Position numbers and translations under genes: made by a program. The notes under the pieces are model-generated. The model was not told the DNA's origin and ran no database searches. It saw only the letters and a list, made by a program, of their open reading frames with translations. A stretch of 64,000 nucleotides of DNA from an uncultured virus (IMG/VR IMGVR_UViG_3300042691_034547) (Duplodnaviria > Heunggongvirae > Uroviricota > Caudoviricetes), in the IMG/VR virus record IMGVR_UViG_3300042691_034547, one strand, 5' to 3'. This document shows positions 38,914 to 48,900 of the stretch, in pieces. Numbering within the stretch: position 1 is the stretch's first letter; each line of letters starts with the position of its first letter.

Positions 38914-41442
38914 CTATTCTCTGACATAGATAGCGTGTCCGTAGTATGGAGATGATCTATCAGCATCCCATACGCTTGGGTTTCTTCCTGAACCCCAGCC
39001 CCAAACATGGTGTGAAATTCTGCTATGTGTTCCAGCAGCGTCAATAACACCGAAACCGCCACCTACTTGACCATACTGCTCAGGAGCAGAGGTAGCACAC
39101 CATCCAATTTGTGCTGACGCCCATCCGCCAAAACCACTGTTATAAGTATTAAATCCTGGAACATTTGGCCATCCACCAGCCATTCTTGGATATCCATAAT
39201 CATTTCCATGACGGTCTGATGCAATCTTAAAGCCCCAAAGATTTGCGTTTCTATCTACAATTGGAGAACCGTTTGTAGTATCTGGACGACGGTCTAGGCT
39301 GTAGTACCAGAAGCTGGCATTACCAAACAATTGAGTGTTTCCATAAACTGGAGCAGAGTTTTGTGCAACACATGCTCTCATGCTCGTTTGTAGAGAGTTG
39401 TGTCTCCAACCAATTCTTTGTGCTCCAGAGCTTGGAGAAGTTCTATTTGGTCTAATCATTACATCTCTAAACTGACATGCAATGTAAACAGGGCTAAATG
39501 CATCTGTTCCATCGTCTGCAGCATAATTAGTAACATTTCCACCAAATGCATTATCTATTTGAGACTTAGTGCTGTATGTCCAACCAGCCCAGTCGCCGAC
39601 AAATACAGCACCAGGGCTAAATGGAGTTCTACTAGCAGATCCGAAATTGTTTGTATCCATTCTTAAAGCAAGCATCCATCCACCGCCGTTAGACTGCATA
39701 ATGCAATGAACTCTAAATGCAGAATCTGTCCAACCAGTAGGTTTAATCCAATAAGCGCCATCTGGTGCTGCAGGATTAACTGCAAGAATTGCAGTAGCAC
39801 TTGTAGCAGCTCTAGCTTCACTAGATCCATCTGCTGCAATGGTGTCAGTTACTGTAAAATTGTGAGTATCTAATACAGTTTCTACATAATAATAATTTTG
39901 TGAAGCACTTGAAACAAATGAAGTTCCAGCTGCTGGTGGATCGTATCTTAGTAAATCTGCAACTGTAAATCCATGATTTTTTACATGGAAGATATCTCTG
40001 TCTAAAGATACACCGATTGCCCTAAATTTTTGAGTACCTGTTCCTCCAGAAATTGAAGTAATAGCTGATCCTGTAGGAGTAGGTTTAATTGTAAAACTGT
40101 AAGTATTAGTAGATCCTTGTTGAAAGAATGTATCAATAAAATAAGTTGTATTATTTGTTAAACCGCTAGCAGCAGAACCAGTTGTTGTATAAAGAAGCAT
40201 TCTTCCTACATACCAATCTAAATCTGCAAGTCCAGAATCACTAGTTACTGTAATCAAGCTTCCACTATAAGAAGTTACTGTTGCAAGAACAGAAGTTAAA
40301 ACATTTATAGAACCATCATTAGCTCCATCAAATGATTTAGCAGCATCATTTACCACTGTAAGAGTAGTTTGTGTAGATGGGTCAACATTGTTACCAGCAA
40401 AAAGACGAGCTTGATTAGCTAATTGAAAAGTTCCTGACATAGCAGATTCTATGTCTATAGCGTCTCCATCTGGAATAGCGCTTACTTGAAATGTTGAAGT
40501 TGATGTACCTAGTCCAGTATTTGTTTTTAAAAATACAACTCCTCGCGGGTTAGTAGCAAAATATCCAGTTCCTGCAGTTACAGAGTAGTAAAGAGGAGTA
40601 CCTAAAGGTCTTCCATTAAAATTCTCTGCTCCATGGCTTACAGTTATAGTGTCAGCAGTAGTACTTACTGAGCTGATATTGCTTGTTATTCCACCAATAG
40701 TTGCTGAGTTAGACCAATCAATGTTGATAGAAGCAAGAGTATTTGAGCCATCAAATGTTTGAGCTGTAGCACTGTTTGAAGCGTCAAATGATTTAGCAGC
40801 TGTATTAGAAGCTTGAAACTCTTGAGAAATTGTTGAGTTTAGATTCAAAAAATAAAAAGGAGTATTTAAACCAAAACCGTGTGCACTAGGTGTGGTTACA
40901 GTTAAGGTAGAGATTGACTCTCCGTCTGTAGTTATACCGTCTGAGTCAGAAATTCTAAGCTGAGAACCTTGAAAGAACTCTCCAGTAATAATAGAAGAAT
41001 AGAGATCTTCAATAGATGCAGTGGTAGCTTGTATATCTTTGCAAAGATATGTAAAAGTTGTTGTATTTGGAATAGAGTTGATAATGTATGAACCATCGGC
41101 AGTAATAGATTTTGTTCCACTAACGCTGATAGGGATACCTACCGCAAGTCCATGATCTAAACCTGTTCTAACAGTAATTTCACGAGTTCCAGCATTAGTA
41201 GTAATAGCAATAATGTCTGGAATAGTAGTGTCACCGCTCTTTGAGAAGAACGATGGGGTGTTGTTAATAAGCTCAACTGTTTCCCACTTTGTTGGCTGAA
41301 GACCATATTCAAAGTCAGTATCGATTAGGTTTTCTGGCTGCGATACACGCAGCTTAGTAACTGGATCGATAAACTCTTTTGGAAAAGAGATTTCTCCACC
41401 TGTACCTGAGCTTCCTGAGCTACCGCCTAAAAAACCGGGCAT
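38914..41442 (-). CDS. Virion protein with HG repeats and a C-terminal fibrinogen-like domain
   Basis: DPVTKLRVS...IDTDFEYG N-terminus; DGAYWIKP...HCIMQSNGGGWML. Confidence 0.7.
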   Translation of the reverse strand: MPGFLGGSSGSSGTGGEISFPKEFIDPVTKLRVSQPENLIDTDFEYGLQPTKWETVELINNTPSFFSKSGDTTIPDIIAITTNAGTREITVRTGLDHGLAVGIPISVSGTKSITADGSYIINSIPNTTTFTYLCKDIQATTASIEDLYSSIITGEFFQGSQLRISDSDGITTDGESISTLTVTTPSAHGFGLNTPFYFLNLNSTISQEFQASNTAAKSFDASNSATAQTFDGSNTLASINIDWSNSATIGGITSNISSVSTTADTITVSHGAENFNGRPLGTPLYYSVTAGTGYFATNPRGVVFLKTNTGLGTSTSTFQVSAIPDGDAIDIESAMSGTFQLANQARLFAGNNVDPSTQTTLTVVNDAAKSFDGANDGSINVLTSVLATVTSYSGSLITVTSDSGLADLDWYVGRMLLYTTTGSAASGLTNNTTYFIDTFFQQGSTNTYSFTIKPTPTGSAITSISGGTGTQKFRAIGVSLDRDIFHVKNHGFTVADLLRYDPPAAGTSFVSSASQNYYYVETVLDTHNFTVTDTIAADGSSEARAATSATAILAVNPAAPDGAYWIKPTGWTDSAFRVHCIMQSNGGGWMLALRMDTNNFGSASRTPFSPGAVFVGDWAGWTYSTKSQIDNAFGGNVTNYAADDGTDAFSPVYIACQFRDVMIRPNRTSPSSGAQRIGWRHNSLQTSMRACVAQNSAPVYGNTQLFGNASFWYYSLDRRPDTTNGSPIVDRNANLWGFKIASDRHGNDYGYPRMAGGWPNVPGFNTYNSGFGGWASAQIGWCATSAPEQYGQVGGGFGVIDAAGTHSRISHHVWGWGSGRNPSVWDADRSSPYYGHAIYVRE

Positions 41443-41523
41443 TAGTTATTACCTCTCTCAGAATAAGATGGATTCGTAGATAGAATACCAGTTTTTACAG
41501 ACATCAATTTTGAAAAAATCATC

Positions 41524-42174
41524 TTAAATACCTAACCACCATGATGTGGACATAGCTAATGATCCTTGTGGACCTGTCGCACCAGTAGTACCCTGAGTAC
41601 CTCCAGCAGCTTCTAAAAATACTCCATTATAAAAAACATAAGTTTTTGCAGTATTAGTATTAAACCAAGCATCTCCATTTACAGAAGTTTCAATTGCTGG
41701 CTGAGTTGGTCCAGCAGTGAATTTACCTACAGGACCTGTAGGACCTGTAGGACCTGGAATTTCTGATTGAGCACCTGTTGGTCCTGTAGGACCTGTTTGT
41801 CCACGAGGACCAGTTGGGCCTTGCGGACCTGTTACTTGTGAATCTGCTCCAGTGGGGCCTGTAAAACCACGCAAACCTTGTTCACCAGTTGCTCCTTGCG
41901 GACCTGTTGGCCCCTGAGTGCCTGTTGGACCCGTTGGTCCTTGAGGACCAGCTACATCTGATATAGGTCCAGTAGGACCTTGAATACCTTGTGGTCCTGT
42001 AGCACCTACGGAACCAGTAGCACCTGTAGGACCTTGAATACCTTGTGGTCCTTGTGGACCTGTTGGAGCTACACGCTTAGCTTCCCAAGCAATTCCAGTC
42101 CAGACCCAGGTTTGATTATTAAATGTGACTTCTTCACCAACTACTGTTGGCGTAGGAAAATCTATTGCTGCCAC
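41524..42174 (-). CDS. Short collagen-like protein (MAAIDFP N-terminus)
   Basis: GPT/GPQ repeats; GDAWFN...YVFYNG module. Confidence 0.85.
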   Translation of the reverse strand: MAAIDFPTPTVVGEEVTFNNQTWVWTGIAWEAKRVAPTGPQGPQGIQGPTGATGSVGATGPQGIQGPTGPISDVAGPQGPTGPTGTQGPTGPQGATGEQGLRGFTGPTGADSQVTGPQGPTGPRGQTGPTGPTGAQSEIPGPTGPTGPVGKFTAGPTQPAIETSVNGDAWFNTNTAKTYVFYNGVFLEAAGGTQGTTGATGPQGSLAMSTSWWLGI

Positions 42175-42207
42175 TTGGTCTGTCCTTTCTGTGCTCTAGG
42201 TTCTATT

Positions 42208-42375
42208 TTACTCTGGTGTAGGTTCTTGAATTCCAGCGTTTTTCATTCCAACATAAGCATCTGCCCAATGAATTGCTGCAGGAAGAGATTCCCAAGGTCC
42301 GCTTTCATCAATGACATTATCTTCATGTAGAACCTGAACATAAGGTCCATCTTCTACTATGATGTAAGAAAACAT
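42208..42375 (-). CDS. Small hypothetical protein, 55 aa (not in the ORF track)
   Basis: Hand-translated MFSYIIVEDGPYVQVLHEDNVIDESGPWESLPAAIHWADAYVGMKNAGIQEPTPE; purine-rich upstream; fills the gap in the operon. Confidence 0.7.
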   Translation of the reverse strand: MFSYIIVEDGPYVQVLHEDNVIDESGPWESLPAAIHWADAYVGMKNAGIQEPTPE

Positions 42376-42392
42376 ATTATATCTCTTTTCTA

Positions 42393-43310
42393 TTAGACCG
42401 AATAGGTGATTTTTCCAGATGCACCTACCGCCAATCCGTTGTTATTATCTATGTAAACACCATTTATGTTAGAAGTTCCAAAGCCACTAGTTCTTTGAAT
42501 CCAAGTTATTCCATCAAACGATGTTGCTAATTTTCCAGTGGCTCCACCAGCAATATATGTTCCGTCTGGAGAAACATCTAGCGCTCTAACGCTAGAAGCT
42601 CCAAAACTACTGGTCGGAAATGTTTGAGTCCAAGTTGTTCCATTTGTAGAGCTTGCAAATTTCCCTGCTTCGCCAGCTGCTAAAAAATTTCCTCCAGCAG
42701 TATTAGTAACTGCAAAAATACTACTTACTCCAAAGCTAGAAGATCTTTGAGTCCAAGTTGTACCATTTGTAGAAGTAGCAAGCTTTCCATCATACCCGAC
42801 AGCAACAATAGTGCTATTACTTGCAGCTAATCCATTTATAAATGTAGTGCTGAAAGATGAAGTTCTTTGTACCCAGCTTATGCCGTCTATAGATGTAGCT
42901 AATTTTCCTGATCCGCCAGCTGCTATCCACAAAGAAGCGCTTGGAGAATAAACAACAGCAAGAACTGGACTTGCTCCAAAACCAGAAGAGCGTGCTGTCC
43001 AATTTACACCATCTGATGAAGTAACTATTCTTCCAAAACTTCCACCAGCTACATAAATATTATCTCCATAAGATATACAATAAAGATTGCTATCTACTGC
43101 ATTACTTTCTCTTTGAGTCCAAGATAGTGTATTAGATGAAGTTGCAATTTTTCCAGAATTTCCTACAGCAATATATGTATCTGTGTCTTGATTATAATAA
43201 ACAGCATTTATATTACTTAAAGCAAATGATGAATCTTCAACAAGTTGCCATGTTACTGGAGTAAAAGGAAAAGTTAAAGTTGCATGAAAAGCATGAGAGG
43301 CTCTAAGCAC
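42393..43310 (-). CDS. Beta-propeller (BNR/Asp-box-like repeat) virion protein
   Basis: About 6 repeats of A-x-G-x-x-GK[LI]ATS-x-[DN]G-x-x-W-x-x-R-x-S. Confidence 0.8.
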   Translation of the reverse strand: MLRASHAFHATLTFPFTPVTWQLVEDSSFALSNINAVYYNQDTDTYIAVGNSGKIATSSNTLSWTQRESNAVDSNLYCISYGDNIYVAGGSFGRIVTSSDGVNWTARSSGFGASPVLAVVYSPSASLWIAAGGSGKLATSIDGISWVQRTSSFSTTFINGLAASNSTIVAVGYDGKLATSTNGTTWTQRSSSFGVSSIFAVTNTAGGNFLAAGEAGKFASSTNGTTWTQTFPTSSFGASSVRALDVSPDGTYIAGGATGKLATSFDGITWIQRTSGFGTSNINGVYIDNNNGLAVGASGKITYSV

Positions 43311-43311
43311 A

Positions 43312-45192
43312 TTACACCGTTAGATTTCCGCTTAGCAACCACTCATTAGCTCCAAGTTTAATTAGAGAGCCAACAGCATATCTAGCTTTGGTTGTAAATC
43401 TTGATCCTTCGCTTCTTATTACAGCTGAGCCAGTAGCACGAACAGTTACCTGTCCAACGCCAAGTTGGGTGAATAAAATTTGTGTTCCAATTGGAAATGT
43501 ATACCCATCTGTACCATCTTGTGCAACATCTAAAAATAACGCAGAAGAGCTGTTCATTTTTACAATTGTTGCTGCATCTTCGGCAATCAAAACATGTGAA
43601 ACAAGTTTAGTAGGGCCAGTGACTTCAAAATTAGCTGGTCCTGTTGGACCTGTAATTCCTGGGCCTGTTGGACCAGTAGCTCCTTGAGCTCCTGTAGCAC
43701 CTGTAGGACCTGGCACGGTTGAAGTTGGTCCAGTAGCTCCAGTAGGACCTGTCACAGATGGACCTGTAGGACCAGTTGGGCCAACAATTGGACCAGCATT
43801 TACCCAGCTAGAACCGTTCCAAACATAAAGATTTCCATTTGCAGAAACAATGTAAGCATCGTTTACAGTATTACCGACTGATGGAAGATTTCCTACAGTA
43901 GCAACTTGACCTTTAACTGTAATTGATGTTCCTTGTGGACCTGTCGCACCAGTAGGGCCAACTTCTCCAGAACCAAGAACCAAGTTCCAAGAAGCGTATG
44001 TGTTTCCATCTCCATTTATTTTGTCAACCAATATAGTGATAGATGTTCCAACAATTACAGTAATAATTCCTTCCATAAAATTAGAAGGAAATGAACTAGC
44101 TGCTAGTCTTGCTCTAGTTCCAACAGTAAAAGCATCCACCTTATTTACAGTAAAGTTTTTTGTAACTCCACTTTCAATAGTTAAATTACTAGTAGAAGTG
44201 ACTCCTATATAACTAGGACCCTGCGGACCTGTTGGTCCTGTAGGTCCAGATCCTGTAGCACCAGTTGCGCCAGTAGGACCTGTTACTGTAGAAGCTGCAC
44301 CCTGCGGACCTGTCGCTCCCGTAGGGCCAGTTGGTCCTGGAATTGTAGAAGCTGATCCTGTAGCTCCTGTAGCACCAGTTGCACCACGAAGACCTACTTC
44401 ACCTTGTGCACCCGTAGCACCAGTTGCACCAGTTGCGCCCGTCGGTCCAGTAGGACCTCCAGAAGGCCCTGTCGGACCCACAGGTCCAGTTGCACCTGTT
44501 ACTGATGGACCAGTGGCTCCCGTAGCGCCATTTGGACCAGTTGCACCAGCAAAACCTCTAGGCCCTGTCGGACCTGTTGGACCAGCATTGCCTTGTGCAC
44601 CTGTTGCACCCGCTGGACCAGTTTCTCCTATAGGGCCTGTAGGACCTGCAGTTCCTTGAGAACCTGTTGGACCACGCTGTCCTTCTGGTCCTGTTGCACC
44701 AACAGCACCAGTAGGACCTGCAGGGCCTGTTGGACCAGCTACATATAAACCTTGTGGACCAGTTGGACCAGTATTTCCTTGTGGACCAGTAGATCCTGTT
44801 GGACCTGTTGGACCTGTAATAGTAGATGCAGCACCTTCAGGACCAGTAGCACCAGTTGCGCCAGTAGGACCAGCTAAACCTATATTTGAAGAAGCAGATT
44901 CTACCCAGTAACTATCGTAATAAACATAAATTTGACCAGTTTCAGAGTTAAACCAAGCATCTCCAACATCTGGTGAACTTGGTGGAGTAACACTTGAAAT
45001 AGAAAATGATCCTGTTGGACCTGTTGGACCAGTTACATTTGAAGCTGCACCTGCTGCACCAGTTGGACCTGTAGGTCCTACTACTGAAGAAATTACAAGA
45101 TCCCAAGCGGTTCCTGTCCATCTCCAAGTTTGAGATCCAGAAGTAAATAATTCATTTACGCTAGGTGAGTTTGGAAAATCAATAGCTGCCAT
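43312..45192 (-). CDS. Collagen-like fibre protein (MAAIDFP N-terminus)
   Basis: Long GPT/GAT runs; C-terminal [14 protein letters not shown] domain. Confidence 0.85.
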   Translation of the reverse strand: MAAIDFPNSPSVNELFTSGSQTWRWTGTAWDLVISSVVGPTGPTGAAGAASNVTGPTGPTGSFSISSVTPPSSPDVGDAWFNSETGQIYVYYDSYWVESASSNIGLAGPTGATGATGPEGAASTITGPTGPTGSTGPQGNTGPTGPQGLYVAGPTGPAGPTGAVGATGPEGQRGPTGSQGTAGPTGPIGETGPAGATGAQGNAGPTGPTGPRGFAGATGPNGATGATGPSVTGATGPVGPTGPSGGPTGPTGATGATGATGAQGEVGLRGATGATGATGSASTIPGPTGPTGATGPQGAASTVTGPTGATGATGSGPTGPTGPQGPSYIGVTSTSNLTIESGVTKNFTVNKVDAFTVGTRARLAASSFPSNFMEGIITVIVGTSITILVDKINGDGNTYASWNLVLGSGEVGPTGATGPQGTSITVKGQVATVGNLPSVGNTVNDAYIVSANGNLYVWNGSSWVNAGPIVGPTGPTGPSVTGPTGATGPTSTVPGPTGATGAQGATGPTGPGITGPTGPANFEVTGPTKLVSHVLIAEDAATIVKMNSSSALFLDVAQDGTDGYTFPIGTQILFTQLGVGQVTVRATGSAVIRSEGSRFTTKARYAVGSLIKLGANEWLLSGNLTV

Positions 45193-45205
45193 TTTTCATA
45201 TCCTC

Positions 45206-45901
45206 CTAGCTCAAAAACGATTCATATTGAATGTGAATTAGAATTTTGTCATTAGCGCTAAATAAAAATGGTTGGCTTTCAGTTACAGCTACACCTTCAT
45301 CATATGTTGCCGACTGAGAGTGCATAAAAAGTTCTATTCTATTTCCATTGTTGCTATTAAAAATTGCTGTTCCAAAATAGTTTGTACCTGGACCTTCGTC
45401 ACGCATGACTACTTGACCTACTGGTTGAAAGTTTTCAAATACTCCAGCGGTAGGTAAACTTACGGAGTATGTTCCAGATCCACGACTGAATCCAGCAGTT
45501 CCAGCAACAATACGAATTTCTCCAATAATAGTTGCGCCAATGTTTACATACCTACCAGTGATGCTTCCATTTCCTATAACTGGATTTGTTGTGCTTCCAT
45601 ATAAAACTGGTGTATATGTAGTCCAAGGAGTGATTGCAAAAGCACCTGTCGGTCCAGTAGCCCCAGCTGGGCCGGGTACCGTTGATGCCGCACCAGTAGG
45701 ACCTGTAGCACCAGCTGGACCTTCAGGACCAGTTGGGCCTATTGCAGTTGAGTTTTCACCTGCTGGCCCAGTTGGTCCAGTTGGTCCAGCTGCACTAGTA
45801 CGAACTAAACGCCAAGCAGTTCCGTTCCAACGATATGTTTGAATTCCATTTGTGTAAGTCTCATTGAGCGTAGGGTTACTTGGAAAATCAATTGCTGCCA
45901 T
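45206..45901 (-). CDS. Short collagen-like protein (MAAIDFP N-terminus) with a C-terminal receptor-head-like domain
   Basis: GPT repeats; WTTYTP...GRY...YSVSLP domain. Confidence 0.85.
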   Translation of the reverse strand: MAAIDFPSNPTLNETYTNGIQTYRWNGTAWRLVRTSAAGPTGPTGPAGENSTAIGPTGPEGPAGATGPTGAASTVPGPAGATGPTGAFAITPWTTYTPVLYGSTTNPVIGNGSITGRYVNIGATIIGEIRIVAGTAGFSRGSGTYSVSLPTAGVFENFQPVGQVVMRDEGPGTNYFGTAIFNSNNGNRIELFMHSQSATYDEGVAVTESQPFLFSANDKILIHIQYESFLS

Positions 45902-45914
45902 GTCTGTCTACCTC

Positions 45915-48900
45915 CTAGCTCACCGACATAAAGGAACCACTCACAGAGAAGATTCCAGATTGGGTTAATGATATAGGAGCGCTTCCCGTTAAAGGAGCAG
46001 CCTCTCCGTTACTTATATCTGTGTACCAAAGGGCTGCAATAGCAGAGCCTACTGGAGCTATAGCATAAATTATATATGAATCTGCTCCAAGAACAAGTCT
46101 TCCAGTCAAAACTGGCTGTGTTCCAGAAGCAGGTAAGAAAGGCAAGCTAACACTATATTGACCTGTTCCAAAATTGCTGACATTTGACATTTCAATATAG
46201 ATATCTACAGTTATATTTTGCCCATACTTTACATAATTTCCTGAACCAGGAGTTCCAGTAAAAGTCAATCCAGTTCCAGCAAATACAGGAGTATAAGAAG
46301 TTATAGTAGGAGTCCCAACAGGGCCTTGCGGACCAGTTGGACCTGTAGGACCAATTTTATCAACAATATCAATAACTCCACCAATATTTAAATCGGTGAC
46401 ATCCTGATAAACGATTTGGCTAGGAGCATTTAGCGGAACATCATAAACAATTACTGTATCTGTACTCGAGAGATTTCTACCTAAAGTTGTTGAGTTATTT
46501 GTCGTTCCTGGAACATTTGTTGTTGATCCAGATGCAATACGAAGTGCTAGTGAGTTAGTTACTTGAACTCCACTAACATCAAAGAACATCTTCTCACCGC
46601 GAACTGCAACAAGGTTTGGATTATCTCCAGCTAAACCAGTTACAGAATAAGCAGATCCATTAGAAGAAATAAAGTAAGTTACTCCACCTTTTTCTCCTCT
46701 AGGACCAGTAGGACCAGTAGGTCCAGTTACATTTGATGCTGCTCCTGTTGGACCTGTAATTCCTGGGCCTGTTGGACCAGTAGGACCAGTAGGTCCAGTT
46801 ACATTTGATGCGGCTCCTGTTGGTCCAGTTACAGATGGACCTGTTGCACCAGTTGGACCTGTTGGACCTGGGACTGTTGACACAGGACCAGTTGAACCTG
46901 TTGGACCAATTAAAGCTCCAGCTTCAATCCAACCATTATTTGCGGTGTAGATATAAATTGTATTTTCTGCGTAAATAACATAAAAATCACCAACAGCACC
47001 AGCAGAAGCTCCAGCACCAGCAGCAAAGTCTGCATATGTGTTGTAAAAACCTTTAGCTTGAGATCCAACTCCTTGTGGACCTGTAGGACCTGTAACAATT
47101 GGTCCAGTTGCACCAGTACTTCCAGTTGGCCCTGTAGGACCTTGTAAACCAGTTGATCCTGTAGGACCAGTTGGGCCTACTTGACCTGTAGCACCTGTAG
47201 GACCAGTTGCTCCACCAAACTCAGTTGTACCTACCTCAACCCAGAAACCATCGTAATAAACATATACAGCACCAGTTTCAGTTTCAAACCAAGTATCGCC
47301 TGGAGTTGCTCCAGTAGGTGCGGTTGCATATGCAGGTACAAACTCTCCTTGCATACCAGTTGGACCTGTTGGGCCAGTCGCACCCGTAGCACCCGTCGGT
47401 CCAGTTGGACCAGTTGAACCAGTCGGACCAGTTACATTGCTTGCTGCTCCTGTTGCACCAGTAGGACCAGTAGGACCTTGAGAACCTACTGCACCTTGTT
47501 GACCTATATTTCCTTGCGGACCAGTAGCACCCGTAGCACCCGTTGCTCCCGCAGGACCTGTAATACCTCTAAATCCAGTAGGTCCAGTTGCACCTGTAAC
47601 ACCAGTAGCACCAGTTGGGCCTGTAGGTCCAGCATTTCCTTGTGGACCTGTTGGTCCTACAGGAGCTGCACCAGTTTCAATCCAGTAACCATCGTAGTAA
47701 ACATAAACTTTTCCATTATTGCTGTTAAACCAAGCATCACCATTATCTGGAGATACTGGAGGTGTGGAATCAGCAATTGCAAAATTACCTAATTCACCAG
47801 TTGCACCTGTAGCACCAGTCGGTCCTGTAGGTCCTGTAGCACCAGTAGCGCCTATAGAACCTGTTGGACCTTGAATATTTCCAACATTGTCCCACTCGCT
47901 GCCTACAGCGTCCCAAACATAAAGATCACCAGCTACAAGATATCCATCTCCTGGATTTCCTGTCGGATGTGCAGCTTGTAATGAAGCAAGATCTGGATAA
48001 GAACCAAGAATAGAAACACCAGTGCCTGGAGTTCCTGTTGGACCTGTTATACCTTGAGAACCAGTTGCACCTGTTGCGCCTGTAGGGCCAGTAGGGCCAG
48101 TTGAACCTGTAAGACCAGTATTACCAGTTGGACCAGTTACACCCTGAATACCTTGTTCACCAGTAGCACCAGTTGCGCCAGTAGGACCAGTAGCTCCTGT
48201 AGCACCAGTTGCACCTATTACGCCTTGTTCACCTGTAGCACCAGTTGGACCAGTTATACCCTGAATACCTTGTGCACCAGTTGCACCCGTAGGTCCTGTA
48301 GCACCAGTAACAGAAGGTCCTGTAGCACCGACACTTCCTGTAGCTCCCGTCGGACCTGTTGGGCCTGTATCACCAGTAGCACCAGTTATTGAGTTACCTT
48401 CAGGACCAATAGGACCTGTAGGGCCAGTTACACCTTGCGGACCTTGTGCACCTGTAGCACCAGTGATTGAATCACCTTGTGCACCCGTAGCACCAGTTGG
48501 ACCAGTAGGTCCTATATCTCCTTGATCACCCTTAACACCAGTTGGACCAGTAGCACCTACTGAACCTGTAGGACCTGGCACGGTTGAAGCTGCACCAGTT
48601 GGACCAGTTGGTCCTTGTGCACCCTGAGCACCTGTAGGACCAGTATCGCCTGGATTACCTTGAACACCTTGAGGACCGACATCACCTGTTCTAGCAAAAG
48701 TAACAATGATGTCTTCGTCATTTGAGAAGCTTGTAGCAAGACCACTTACATAAGAAACTGGAACTTTAAAGTATCCAGATTGTTCTGTTATAGCGCCTGT
48801 AATTGTGAAAAGAGCAAAGTCTGCAGAATCAGTCTTATTACTGATTCGCATATGTCCTTTGATTGGACTTGTTGAGTCATCAATAGTACGAAGGAACTGC

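Noticed and set aside
38899..38916. Stop-codon readthrough joining the in-frame 842-aa and 1935-aa ORFs
   Set aside because: The spacer reads TAG AGG ATA AAG TAA ATG, with a second in-frame stop and its own SD
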